A stretch of 64,000 nucleotides of DNA from Bacteroidales bacterium (lineage in GTDB: Bacteria > Bacteroidota > Bacteroidia > Bacteroidales > UBA1715), in NCBI GenBank assembly GCA_027858745.1, contig JAQICB010000102.1, forward strand, positions 14,892 through 78,891. Reading direction: 5' to 3'. This document shows positions 36,661-46,231 of the stretch, one piece after another. Under the pieces are notes generated by a model. The model saw only the letters and a list, made by a program, of their open reading frames with translations. It searched no databases and was not told where the DNA came from. Every line of letters starts with the position of its first letter. The first letter of the stretch is position 1. The position numbers were made by a program, and so were the translations under genes.

Positions 36661-36956
36661 TAACCTGAGTTTGACGTAATTTTTCGAGTTCAGATTTCTG
36701 CTGAGCTCGTTTTTTGTCCTCGGTTGATATAAAAAGCTGTTTATCAAGGCAAATTATTGAATAATATCTCGTTATTATTCAATAATTTAACGCAGAAAAA
36801 CTGTTTTTTTATGCAAAGCATACTTTTTTCGCTTATAAACAGCAATCTTCAGCTCAAAAATAATTTAAAATAACCCGTTATTATTTCATTCTTTTTGATT
36901 GAATCTCACTATTTATAAGCGTTCTGAATCTAAAAAATTATATCGAACTCAGGTTA
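36661..36956 (+). mobile_element. MITE-like repeat, full copy 1 (296 bp) with ~33-bp imperfect terminal inverted repeats (TIRs)
   Basis: Left end TAACCTGAGTTTGACGTAATTTTTCGAGTTCAG. Right end CTGAATCTAAAAAATTATATCGAACTCAGGTTA. No ORF. Several internal hairpins, including a perfect 16-bp stem at 36751-36788. About 85-90% similar to 63262-63550 by eye. Confidence 0.65.
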
Positions 36957-37422
36957 TTAAGGCAACGGCGTATGCAGAAATCCCCTCTTCTCGCCCAACA
37001 AATCCCAATGATTCGGTTGTTGTTGCTTTTACAGAAATATTCTGAATATCTATATCAAGATCTTCTGCTATGTTCTGTTGCATAAATGGAATGTATGGTA
37101 AGAGTTTGGGTTTTTGTAAACAAACAGTTGAATCAATGTTTCCAATTGTATAATTGTTCTCTGCAAGAATTTTTTTTGTATGTTGTAATAATTTACGGCT
37201 ATCAATATTTTTGTAGCTCATGTTTGAGTCCGGAAAATGAAATCCAATATCTCGTAAAGCTGCGGCACCAAGTAGTGCATCGCAAATAGCATGAATGAGA
37301 ACATCTCCGTCTGAATGTGCAACCATTCCTTTTGAATGCTCTATTGTCACACCTCCTAAAATAAAAGGGATGTTTGTAGCTAATGCATGCACATCATAAC
37401 CATGACCGATTCGTATATTCAT
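36949..37422 (-). CDS. ispF: 2-C-methyl-D-erythritol 2,4-cyclodiphosphate synthase
   Basis: MNIRIGHGYDVHAL..AHSDGDVLIHAICDALLGA.. are the IspF signatures. 157 aa. Confidence 0.93.
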   Translation of the reverse strand: MNIRIGHGYDVHALATNIPFILGGVTIEHSKGMVAHSDGDVLIHAICDALLGAAALRDIGFHFPDSNMSYKNIDSRKLLQHTKKILAENNYTIGNIDSTVCLQKPKLLPYIPFMQQNIAEDLDIDIQNISVKATTTESLGFVGREEGISAYAVALIT

Positions 37423-37437
37423 GTTCGAACGGAATAA

Positions 37438-38664
37438 TTAATTTGTTGATTGTAAATCTTTATTTTCTTCAGCAATTCCTTCAAAATCAAATGTGAGAGA
37501 GAATCTAAATGTGTTTGCAAGAGGAGAATTTGTGCCTTGTGTTGGTATGAGGTATGAAAAATCTAATCCAAAAACATTTAATCGTAATCCGGCTCCAATC
37601 GTGAAATATTTTCTGTTTCCTTTTGTTTCTGATTCATGGAAATATCCGCCACGAATAGCAAATTCTTGATTATACCAATATTCAAGACCGGTACCGATAG
37701 TTATTTCTTTTAATTCTTCTTCGGCACCCGCAGGAGCATCATAAAATGATTGAAACACACCGGCAATAGTACCAATATTGTCGTCGTATCCAATTATTTC
37801 TGTTTGTTTGTTACCTAAGGTATCTTCATATGATATCTGTAATGGAGGTGTTGGGACAAGTAATTTGTTGAAATCAACATAGAACTTAAGGGAGTTGTAT
37901 TGATCTATATCACCGCTTATTCCTGCACCAATTCGTAAATTAGTCGGAATAAAATCTTTTTGATTCATTGAATAAGTAACTTTGTTTCCTAAATTACTAA
38001 TGCTTGCACCAATTTGTAAATCAAGATCATTGCCCGAAATTGTTATGGGTTTGAAAAATGTACCCGAAATGTCTGCCGCAACAGCTTTCCCCGGCTCATA
38101 ATCTTCACTGGTAACACCTAGGTTTGAGTAAATAAATCGTCCGGTCATACCCATAACGAAAAAGTCTGATAAATACCGAGAGTACGATAAATCTATAGCA
38201 TATTCTTTTGGTGTAAGTGAGTAACCGGCTGAGATCCCTTGTTCGTTGTATGCGGGTATTTCTCCCATAGAAAAATACCGAAGAGAGGCTCCAACTGCTT
38301 GTTGGTCATCTAATTTTTTGTAGCCGGCTAAGTATAAAAGGTTAATGTCTTTTATGCCAAGATTTTCGAGCCATGGCGTGTACGATACACCAATAGACAT
38401 GTCTTCTTCTGCTAATGCATATTTTGAAGCATTCCAATGTTGTGACCACACATCCGTTGATGTTGCAACACCAACATCACCCATGGCACCCGAACGTGAA
38501 TCCGGGGTGATTGTCATAAAAGGAACAGCTGTTGTTATTACATTGTATACATCAGATGATACTTGCCCTGTACTTATAGCACCATCATCATTAACTTGTT
38601 GAGCAAAAACAATTGTTGAGAGGCATAAAAAGCTCAAAAGAGGAATAATTTTTTTTGTGTTCAT
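37438..38664 (-). CDS. porV: T9SS outer-membrane shuttle protein PorV (LptO)
   Basis: ..TTAVPFMTITPDSRSGAMGDVGVATS.. is the PorV signature. Beta-barrel pattern. Immediately downstream of porU. The -7 box at 38687-38694 favours the Met at 38664. Confidence 0.88.
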   Translation of the reverse strand: MNTKKIIPLLSFLCLSTIVFAQQVNDDGAISTGQVSSDVYNVITTAVPFMTITPDSRSGAMGDVGVATSTDVWSQHWNASKYALAEEDMSIGVSYTPWLENLGIKDINLLYLAGYKKLDDQQAVGASLRYFSMGEIPAYNEQGISAGYSLTPKEYAIDLSYSRYLSDFFVMGMTGRFIYSNLGVTSEDYEPGKAVAADISGTFFKPITISGNDLDLQIGASISNLGNKVTYSMNQKDFIPTNLRIGAGISGDIDQYNSLKFYVDFNKLLVPTPPLQISYEDTLGNKQTEIIGYDDNIGTIAGVFQSFYDAPAGAEEELKEITIGTGLEYWYNQEFAIRGGYFHESETKGNRKYFTIGAGLRLNVFGLDFSYLIPTQGTNSPLANTFRFSLTFDFEGIAEENKDLQSTN

Positions 38665-38686
38665 TTGACGATTTTTTTTTGTAATG

Positions 38687-38694
38687 CAAATATA
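38687..38694 (-). promoter_or_regulatory. -7 box (TATATTTG) for porV
   Basis: Exact TAnnTTTG match 23 nt upstream of ATG 38664. Confidence 0.5.
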
Positions 38695-38745
38695 CATTTT
38701 TTATTTAAACTCAAATAGTATTCAATTATTATATGGTTTTATCTT

Positions 38746-41700
38746 TTATTTATTGTAGACAAGTATTTTTTGACTGGTAATTGTTTGTAATCCATCTTCT
38801 GTTTTTAGTATAAGAGTGTAAGGATAGATGCCTTTTTCAATTATATTGCCTGCATTTGTTTTTCCGTCCCAGTATATTGATTCTTCCGTAAAACTATCTG
38901 CAAAACCGGAATGAGTAAGTGTTTTTACAAGTTGTCCTCGAATGTTATATATATGAATGGTAATGTGTATCTCTTTGTCTGCCTGATTGTGTGAAAAACG
39001 AAAAGTTGTTTCATTAATTAATGGGTTGGGGTAATTGTAGAGAGAAGAAATTTTAATTTTTTCTTGTGACGTGACAATAAAATCCATTGTTTCTATTGAA
39101 CTATTATTATAGGTGTCCCATACTTCGATTGTTAAAGTATAGTTTCCCGGTTCTAAATCCGTAAACGGGTATTCGAGCGTTCCCGAAGCAAATGTGTTAT
39201 TGTCGGCAATATAAAAATCATTGAGCATGAGCGTTGTGCTTGTGTGTATGTTTTCGAGAGTCACGGTAATGTCATGTCCAATAGAAGCTTGTGATATATT
39301 AATGCCTGACGGATCATATATTTTCACAAACAATCGTGGATTTTCATGTGTTTTTTGATTTTCTTTAAACAAGGTGTCATTCATGTAAATATTAATTTCC
39401 GGACCCTCTGTATCTGTTTTAGCATACAGGTCTGTGCCAAAAATAGGTAAATTAGAATAGACTCCGTTTGCTTGAATTGAACCGTTTGTTGCATATAAAC
39501 TTAATTTTCCTTTTCCATAGTAGTAAAAAATATCTTGTGGTATGATAAACGGAGTTTTAAAATCCCCATTTATAATATTAGCTTTTCCGTGAAATAAAAT
39601 ATTGGTAAAAGCTGAAAATTCGAAGCTATTATTACCATCGTTTCCAAGAGTTTTAATTGTTTGTTCTTTATCAAATAATTGGAGATACACTTCTCCATTG
39701 TATGAGTCAACTTTGTTGCCAAAAAAATCTTGAATATGTCCGCTGATTGTATGGATAGATTTTGCTTTCAGAGTATCATTAAATTCATCGAAAACAATGT
39801 TGTTTATAGAATCAACAACTATTGTGTATTGTGGTACTGCTAATGTTAATGCCGGGTCTCCGAGAAGGGTAAAGCTCCGTTTGTTTTGGTTAAAATCATT
39901 TGGTGTAATGTGTTTTGCACGAACAAAAGATTCTCCTATTGTTAATGGTTTTCCAGTTATTGAGTCGTGTAAAAAAAGTGTTTTGTAAATGTTTTTATTA
40001 AGTATGTAATTTGAAAATGCAAACACAACCCGCGTGGTTGAAAAAAGGGCAATTGCACCACCTTTTCTTTCGAGCAGTAAATGTTCTCCCAAGGTTGTTT
40101 GCGTTTCATCGTCAAACCGTGAAACTTCACACGATGCGGTAATGAATAGCGGTAATTTGCTTGTATTGTTCCACGAACTTACGATACTTTTGTTTAAAGC
40201 ATTTTCTGCAGACAATTGCGTTTCGCTCCCGTGCCCGGTATAATTAAATACTAAACAGCCCTTTTTTACTGCATTGTCAATGGCTAAATTGGCATCGGGA
40301 TAACGTTGTCCAACAGATTGTTTTTCTTGCTTGTATGCATCAAGATAAATTTTCGTTGAGTTGAATTGTGGATAGGATGCATGAATGCTTTTTGAAATAT
40401 TATCAGCATCACTCATGTGAAAAGTTTGATTTTCATCGGCATCATCGGCAATAAAACACAGATTGTTTTGCCATTCGCCCCGATATTCTTTATTGGTACT
40501 GTATTGAATTGTTTTATGGACTACGTTTTTTGCTTCTTCTTTTGAGTTTACGGGAAACCGACCAACCGCAATATCTAAATCACCAATAAAATCATCATTC
40601 TCATCAACACCTTCATTTTCTTCTAAAATTCCAAAAAAATCGTCAGAAACAAAAGAACTGTATTGCGATAAACTCTCTTGTGATTGATATGTTGGAATAT
40701 AATAACTTGACTCTTCAAAATTCCTATTATCATACGAGCCGTCTCCAAACAGAAGGAGATATTTTAATGTGTTACTTGTGGTGTATACATATCGAACGAA
40801 ATTACGTAAAGCTCCAATGTCCGGCTTACCAGATGAAAATTCATTGAAGATTTCTTGGGGGGTAATAATTATTGTGCGAATATTATCCTGCTGGAGGTGC
40901 ATTTTAGCTAGTGTGTCTGCATATTCGTGAAATATTTCGGGAGTTATAATAATCATTTCTACATTGGTTCGAGATAAGATGTCCTGATTTTGAATATTTT
41001 TTACAAAATGCACATTCAAAAAATCAGTATTAAATGCAATAAATTCTTTGAGATAATTTGTCTCACTTTTAAATGATGTGATGTTATTCGCAAACGAGGT
41101 CTGTATGTTTTTCGGTTCAAGAGGATTGCTTATATCCCAGACAGATATTTTCGAATTGCTTGCAATATTAAACTGAGAAACAGCAAGAGTGTTGATGTTT
41201 GTGAGAGAACGAAATGAAAATTGGGTGTTTGTAAATTCAAGTTTTCTGGGATATTGAAATGCAACAAAGTCTAGGTAAGCACGGGAATTAGTCCCACTTT
41301 TGAGTGAATTTATAGATAATGAAGTAGAATTTTTGCTTGGATAAAATGAGTGAATTATTGTTTTTGAGTGTGCATATGGATTATAAGAAGATGTGCCACT
41401 CAATTCAACATTGTCTAATAACGAGTCGTTTATTATTACCCGAAATTCCGATTGTATCGGGTCTCGTCCGGCTAGTTTAATGTAAAAATGAGCCTTTTTG
41501 TTTGCAATATGTTGTGGAGATGGGAATGATAGTGTTTTGCTCGAAAAATATTCAAACCACTCTCTTCCGCTTTTTATCGGATTGACCTCGTCTTTTTCAT
41601 GGTATAATCGTTCAATAAAATCTGTGTGGGTATAGTTTGCCGGATTAGAGACTTGATTTTCTGTTACTATTCTTTTTGTTTGCCCCTGATTAATCGTGAT

Positions 41701-42099
41701 AAAATAATAATTAAAATTTGAGTAGGAGTGTGTGTGTGGGATGAATATTTGTGTATTCGTATCCAACTCCCATGAGTGTGCTGACTGTCCATAAAATAAA
41801 ATATAGTCGCCACTCGAAAATGTGTTAGGATTTGATTGAGAGATATACACCGGTATTTCTGTAAGAGTAGTCGGAAGAGTGTTTGTGTTAATTAGAGACA
41901 ATTCATGAGGAGTATTAGCATATATCGAAACGGTTTCGATATTCGAGAACCCCATGTTTATAAGATCATCGTAGCTTATTTTATACACACCTGACTTTTC
42001 AACTCTCACTTGAGCCCATGTGCCTGAACCCAAAACAGATTGTGCAAAGATGTTTGGTATTGAAACTATAAAAATAAATATGTATGTTAATAATCGCAT
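38746..42099 (-). CDS. porU: T9SS C-terminal signal peptidase/sortase PorU (C25 gingipain-like)
   Basis: Signal peptide MRLLTYIFIFIVSIPNIFAQ. Large C25-like protein with its own Por tail (..LYNYPNPLINETTF..GIYPYTLILKTEDG..). porU-porV synteny. The ORF extension to 42234 is unlikely. Confidence 0.85.
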   Translation of the reverse strand: MRLLTYIFIFIVSIPNIFAQSVLGSGTWAQVRVEKSGVYKISYDDLINMGFSNIETVSIYANTPHELSLINTNTLPTTLTEIPVYISQSNPNTFSSGDYILFYGQSAHSWELDTNTQIFIPHTHSYSNFNYYFITINQGQTKRIVTENQVSNPANYTHTDFIERLYHEKDEVNPIKSGREWFEYFSSKTLSFPSPQHIANKKAHFYIKLAGRDPIQSEFRVIINDSLLDNVELSGTSSYNPYAHSKTIIHSFYPSKNSTSLSINSLKSGTNSRAYLDFVAFQYPRKLEFTNTQFSFRSLTNINTLAVSQFNIASNSKISVWDISNPLEPKNIQTSFANNITSFKSETNYLKEFIAFNTDFLNVHFVKNIQNQDILSRTNVEMIIITPEIFHEYADTLAKMHLQQDNIRTIIITPQEIFNEFSSGKPDIGALRNFVRYVYTTSNTLKYLLLFGDGSYDNRNFEESSYYIPTYQSQESLSQYSSFVSDDFFGILEENEGVDENDDFIGDLDIAVGRFPVNSKEEAKNVVHKTIQYSTNKEYRGEWQNNLCFIADDADENQTFHMSDADNISKSIHASYPQFNSTKIYLDAYKQEKQSVGQRYPDANLAIDNAVKKGCLVFNYTGHGSETQLSAENALNKSIVSSWNNTSKLPLFITASCEVSRFDDETQTTLGEHLLLERKGGAIALFSTTRVVFAFSNYILNKNIYKTLFLHDSITGKPLTIGESFVRAKHITPNDFNQNKRSFTLLGDPALTLAVPQYTIVVDSINNIVFDEFNDTLKAKSIHTISGHIQDFFGNKVDSYNGEVYLQLFDKEQTIKTLGNDGNNSFEFSAFTNILFHGKANIINGDFKTPFIIPQDIFYYYGKGKLSLYATNGSIQANGVYSNLPIFGTDLYAKTDTEGPEINIYMNDTLFKENQKTHENPRLFVKIYDPSGINISQASIGHDITVTLENIHTSTTLMLNDFYIADNNTFASGTLEYPFTDLEPGNYTLTIEVWDTYNNSSIETMDFIVTSQEKIKISSLYNYPNPLINETTFRFSHNQADKEIHITIHIYNIRGQLVKTLTHSGFADSFTEESIYWDGKTNAGNIIEKGIYPYTLILKTEDGLQTITSQKILVYNK

Positions 42100-42143
42100 G
42101 GGAAATAAATATAATATAAATACGTATTTATCAATTGAAATAG

Positions 42144-42151
42144 TATTTTTG
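42144..42151 (+). promoter_or_regulatory. -7 box (TATTTTTG) for the porP/sprF-like-gldJ operon
   Basis: Exact TAnnTTTG match 21 nt upstream of TTG 42172. Confidence 0.5.
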
Positions 42152-42171
42152 AGGCATAAAAATAATATATA

Positions 42172-43152
42172 TTGGTAACATATTTTTATAAAATAGTAAT
42201 TCTTCTTGTTTTTTCGAGTATATTTTTTCTGCAAACATATGCTCAGAATGTTGATTTCTCACAAACAAATTCCAATTTTGTGTATTTAAACCCTGCATTT
42301 GCCGGAATGGAAGATTGTCCGCGATTGTATACTTCATATAGAATTAAGGAGCTCACATTCGATGGTGGATATATGACTTATTATGTTTCGGCAGATACTT
42401 ATATGTCATCTTTAGATGGCGATGTTTCAATATCTTTTATTCACGATATTCAGCAAGATGTTCTGTTTACATCTTCAGCAATGTTTGCGTATGCAAAAGA
42501 ATTTCAGGTTCATCGCTTTCTCCATTTAAAAACATCTTTGGGAGCCGGTTTTTCTAAACAAAAATTACTTGAAAAAAAACAAGTGTTTTCAAACATGTTG
42601 CACCCTTTGTATGGGGAAGTAGAAAATCAAAGCGAAATTGTTGGTTTTGAGAAAAACTATTTTGATTCCGAAGTCGGAATATTATTGTATAACGATTGGT
42701 TCTATTCAGGAATTTCGATTAAACATATTAATCACTTTTTTTCGTATAAACGGAATAGTCATATTCCTTTTGTTCCTCAGGTTTCTTTGCATGGAGGAGG
42801 ACATTTTTCTAATTCAAAAGGTTTTCAGCAAAGCAATTCAATATGGTTTTATCCGCATACAAATGTAACTATCTCACGTATTAGTTCGTATGCTATATTT
42901 AGTATGATAGCCAAAATAGATAAGTTACAATTAGGGGTTGGATATAGACAAAATTTACCGATAAGTAATGAATCTTTTGTGTTTTTTGTTGGATTTGTAG
43001 AAAAAAAGTATAAATTTGCATATAATTGTGATGTTGTAATTAAACCTAAACTTGGTGATAATTTTAATTCACATGAATTTTCTCTTACATATCAATTTGA
43101 GTGTATTGGAAAAAGAAAAAAGCACGGAGCGATAAAAGCTCCAGGATTTTAA
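42172..43152 (+). CDS. PorP/SprF-family T9SS membrane protein
   Basis: Signal peptide then ..FSQTNSNFVYLNPAFAG.., the PorP/SprF N-terminal signature. 326 aa beta-barrel-like. TTG start, with no in-frame ATG near the 5' end. Confidence 0.8.
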   Translation: MVTYFYKIVILLVFSSIFFLQTYAQNVDFSQTNSNFVYLNPAFAGMEDCPRLYTSYRIKELTFDGGYMTYYVSADTYMSSLDGDVSISFIHDIQQDVLFTSSAMFAYAKEFQVHRFLHLKTSLGAGFSKQKLLEKKQVFSNMLHPLYGEVENQSEIVGFEKNYFDSEVGILLYNDWFYSGISIKHINHFFSYKRNSHIPFVPQVSLHGGGHFSNSKGFQQSNSIWFYPHTNVTISRISSYAIFSMIAKIDKLQLGVGYRQNLPISNESFVFFVGFVEKKYKFAYNCDVVIKPKLGDNFNSHEFSLTYQFECIGKRKKHGAIKAPGF

Positions 43153-43188
43153 AATGAGCGTGTAGTGTTAACTAAAATAATAAATGTT

Positions 43189-44766
43189 ATGAAAATTCAA
43201 AATCTACTGGTGTACTCTCTCATAGTAGGAATGTTTGTGATAACTGGATGTGCGGATGAGGTTTCACCTACAACAGGTTGGAATTATAATGATTCCGACA
43301 ATGGAGGATTTGAGAAGTATGATGATTTTTACGAACAAGAAACAGGTCCCGGACTTGTTTTGGTTGAAGGTGGTTCATTTATGATGGGCGGCGTTCAAGA
43401 AGATTTCATGTATGATTGGAATAATCTAGCTCGAAAAGTTACGGTTTCTTCATTTTATATGGATGAAACGGAAGTCAGAAATATAGATTACCGCGAGTAT
43501 TTATATTGGATTAAACGAGTGTTTCCTTTAAGTGAAAATCCGTATGTGTACTGGAAGGCCTTGCCGGATACACTTGTGTGGAGGAAGAAATTAGCATACA
43601 ACGAACCGTATGTTCAACATTACCTTCGTCACCCGGCGTATCAAAATTATCCGGTAGTAGGTGTTGATTGGTTGCAAGCAAGTGACTATTGTATTTGGAG
43701 AACCGATCGTGTGAACGAACAAATTTTGATTCGCGAAGGTGTATTAAATCAAAATCCGGATCAAGCAGGTCAAGAAAACTTTAATGTTGAATCTTATATG
43801 CAAGGATTGTATGAGGGTAGTGTGAAACAAAATCTTAACGATTATAATCCAAATAGCGAAGAACGTATTGTGCGTGAGGAAGATGGAATTCTTCTTCCAA
43901 AATATCGTCTTCCAACCGAAGCTGAGTGGGAATTTGCAGCATTGGCTTTAATTGGAAACTCTGTTGATGAGCGTATTTATGAACGAAAAATATATCCATG
44001 GAACGGTCACCAATTACGTAATCCTGAAGTTAACAATCGTGGTAAAATGATGGCGAACTTTACTCGTGGAAGAGGTGATCAAATGGGAGTTGCAGGTAGA
44101 TTAAATGATGGTGCAGACGTTACTGCTCCTGTTTTATCGTATTGGCCAAATGACTATGGATTATATTGTATGGCAGGAAATGTAAACGAATGGGTATTAG
44201 ATGTGTATCGTGAATTATCTTTTACTGATGTTGATGAATTCCGTCCTTTTCGTGGTACTGTATTTGAAAAATATCAATTAGGTCCTGAAGGTCAAGGTTC
44301 TTTCGCAGAGCGTGACAGTCTTGGTAGAATGCAAAAAGAATCGGTTACTCCGCAGGATGCATTCGGACGTATGAATTATCGTAAAGCTGATAATATTAAC
44401 TATAAAGATGGTGATAAAGTTTCGAGTGTCGCTTTTTCAGAGAATATTGATACAACAACAGAGCAAGGAAAAATGAAAATGAATCAATCTAATTTGATGT
44501 ATCAACAACAAAATCTTGATTGGGAAAATGATTATGTTACATATGAAGAGGATGGTCGTGATGAAAAGCAGGATCAATTATATGCAGCAGAAGGGTGGTA
44601 TACTCTTGTTAATGACCATAGTCGTGTGTACAAAGGTGGTAGTTGGAGAGATCGCGCATATTATTTATCTCCTGGTTCTCGACGATTTTTAGACGAGAAA
44701 AAAGCTAAGGATGATTTAGGATTCCGATGTGCTATGACACGTGTAGGTAGTCCGTCGTCTTTTTGA
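43189..44766 (+). CDS. gldJ: Gliding motility / T9SS lipoprotein GldJ (SUMF1/FGE fold)
   Basis: MKIQNLLVYSLIVGMFVITGC lipobox. ..TTGWNYNDSDNGGFE.. and an FGE-sulfatase-like core. gldJ-murF synteny as in flavobacteria. Confidence 0.88.
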   Translation: MKIQNLLVYSLIVGMFVITGCADEVSPTTGWNYNDSDNGGFEKYDDFYEQETGPGLVLVEGGSFMMGGVQEDFMYDWNNLARKVTVSSFYMDETEVRNIDYREYLYWIKRVFPLSENPYVYWKALPDTLVWRKKLAYNEPYVQHYLRHPAYQNYPVVGVDWLQASDYCIWRTDRVNEQILIREGVLNQNPDQAGQENFNVESYMQGLYEGSVKQNLNDYNPNSEERIVREEDGILLPKYRLPTEAEWEFAALALIGNSVDERIYERKIYPWNGHQLRNPEVNNRGKMMANFTRGRGDQMGVAGRLNDGADVTAPVLSYWPNDYGLYCMAGNVNEWVLDVYRELSFTDVDEFRPFRGTVFEKYQLGPEGQGSFAERDSLGRMQKESVTPQDAFGRMNYRKADNINYKDGDKVSSVAFSENIDTTTEQGKMKMNQSNLMYQQQNLDWENDYVTYEEDGRDEKQDQLYAAEGWYTLVNDHSRVYKGGSWRDRAYYLSPGSRRFLDEKKAKDDLGFRCAMTRVGSPSSF

Positions 44767-44805
44767 TAATTTTTTTATGAAATAATTAAATTTTTTATAT
44801 AAAAA

Positions 44806-44834
44806 AGCTCCGTTTTTAATGGGGCTTTTTTTTT
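44806..44834 (+). terminator. Intrinsic terminator after gldJ
   Basis: Stem AGCTCCG / TGGGGCT (7 bp, two G-U pairs valid only in plus sense) followed by T8. It lies inside the long-ORF N-terminus of murF, which favours the murF start at 44849. Confidence 0.6.
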
Positions 44835-44848
44835 ATGCGGTTTTTATT

Positions 44849-46141
44849 ATGTCGGTTCAAGATTTTTATAATAATATATTTTGTGATTACCCACTCGTAA
44901 CTACTGATACTCGTTCTATTCCTGAAAATTCTGTTTTTTTTGCATTGAAAGGCGAGCGGTTTAATGGTAATAATTTTGCTTTGCAGGCTCTCAACAATGG
45001 TGCTGCTTTTGCTGTTGTTGATGATTGCTCATTAAAACATTCTCAACTTATATGTGTGGACGATGTTCTCATTTTTTTGCAAAAATTAGCTCTGCATCAT
45101 CGTAGACAATTGCAGATACCAATAATCGGGATTACCGGTAGTAACGGTAAAACAACTATGAAAGAATTAATTGCAGCTGTGTTATTACAAAAATATGAGG
45201 TTTCGTTTACTCAAGGTAATTTAAATAATCATATTGGCGTTCCTCTTACCCTTCTAGCTATTCCTAAATCTACGGAAATTGCGATTGTCGAAATGGGAGC
45301 GAATCATCCCGGGGAAATTGCTTTTTTATGTTCTTTAGTAGAACCAAATTATGGAATTATAACGAATATTGGTCGTGCTCATATGGAAGGATTTGGGGCT
45401 TTTGAAAATATTATTAATACAAAAGTTGCTTTATATGATTCTGTTAGAAACAATAGTGGTATTGTCTTTGTCGACGCTGATAATGAACTTTTATGTTCTC
45501 ATATTGGTAATATGACAACTGTAAAATATTCTCTTTCAGAAGATACTAATTCTCTCGTAACCGCTGTTCCTGATAGTCATAATGTGTGTGCAAGCTTTAG
45601 GCTTCAAACATCAACAAGTACCACGGAAATATCATCGCAATTATTTGGTGAGTATAATATGAAAAACATGCTTGCCGCTGCTACTATTGGGTATCATTTT
45701 GATGTAGATATTGCTGATATTAAAAAAGGACTCGAAGGGTACATTCCATCGAATAATCGTTCTCAAATTGTAGAGACAGAAACTAATACAATTATTTTAG
45801 ATGCCTATAACGCAAATCCTTCAAGTGTAAAAAGTGCAGTAGAATATTTTTTGCAGGTAGATAATGAGATGAGTAAAGTGCTTATTTTAGGCGAAATGTA
45901 TGAACTTGGCGAGTTTGCGGTTGAGGAGCATCAAGCAATTCAGCGTATGGTACTTGAAAGTTCTATTACTCAATTTTTTTGTGTCGGTAATTGGCCATTT
46001 ATAGATGACAGTCGGTATAAAATATTCGCTAATACTGGTGGTTTGTATGAATATCTTGAGAAGTATCCATTGCGGAATTGTTTTGTTCTAGTAAAAGGGT
46101 CTCGAGCAGTTGCTTTAGAAAAAATAGTTCCTGTTTTATAA
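44849..46141 (+). CDS. murF: UDP-N-acetylmuramoyl-tripeptide--D-alanyl-D-alanine ligase
   Basis: P-loop GITGSNGKTT and Mur ligase middle and C-terminal domains. About 430 aa. Confidence 0.9.
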   Translation: MSVQDFYNNIFCDYPLVTTDTRSIPENSVFFALKGERFNGNNFALQALNNGAAFAVVDDCSLKHSQLICVDDVLIFLQKLALHHRRQLQIPIIGITGSNGKTTMKELIAAVLLQKYEVSFTQGNLNNHIGVPLTLLAIPKSTEIAIVEMGANHPGEIAFLCSLVEPNYGIITNIGRAHMEGFGAFENIINTKVALYDSVRNNSGIVFVDADNELLCSHIGNMTTVKYSLSEDTNSLVTAVPDSHNVCASFRLQTSTSTTEISSQLFGEYNMKNMLAAATIGYHFDVDIADIKKGLEGYIPSNNRSQIVETETNTIILDAYNANPSSVKSAVEYFLQVDNEMSKVLILGEMYELGEFAVEEHQAIQRMVLESSITQFFCVGNWPFIDDSRYKIFANTGGLYEYLEKYPLRNCFVLVKGSRAVALEKIVPVL

Positions 46142-46231
46142 TAACGTGATTTCGATGCAATTATGCTTTACATCAATTCGTCTACTTCGAACAAGATTTG
46201 GAGCTTTAAAAATCACCTCGAAATCAGGTTA
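46142..46231 (+). mobile_element. Mini MITE-like element (90 bp) of the same TIR family, filling the gap between convergent murF and GT2 genes
   Basis: Left TAACGTGATTTCGA. The reverse complement of the right end is TAACCTGATTTCGA (13/14 match). The right end TTAAAAATCACCTCGAAATCAGGTTA resembles the right ends of copies 1 and 2. Confidence 0.45.

Noticed and set aside
42100-42234. Long N-terminal extension of porU, and similar extensions of the porV, MoxR, S41 peptidase, murF, GT2, thioredoxin-like and nitroreductase ORFs
   Set aside because: Internal Met codons give proper signal peptides or conserved N-termini. In several cases a consensus -7 box or a terminator lies inside the extension.
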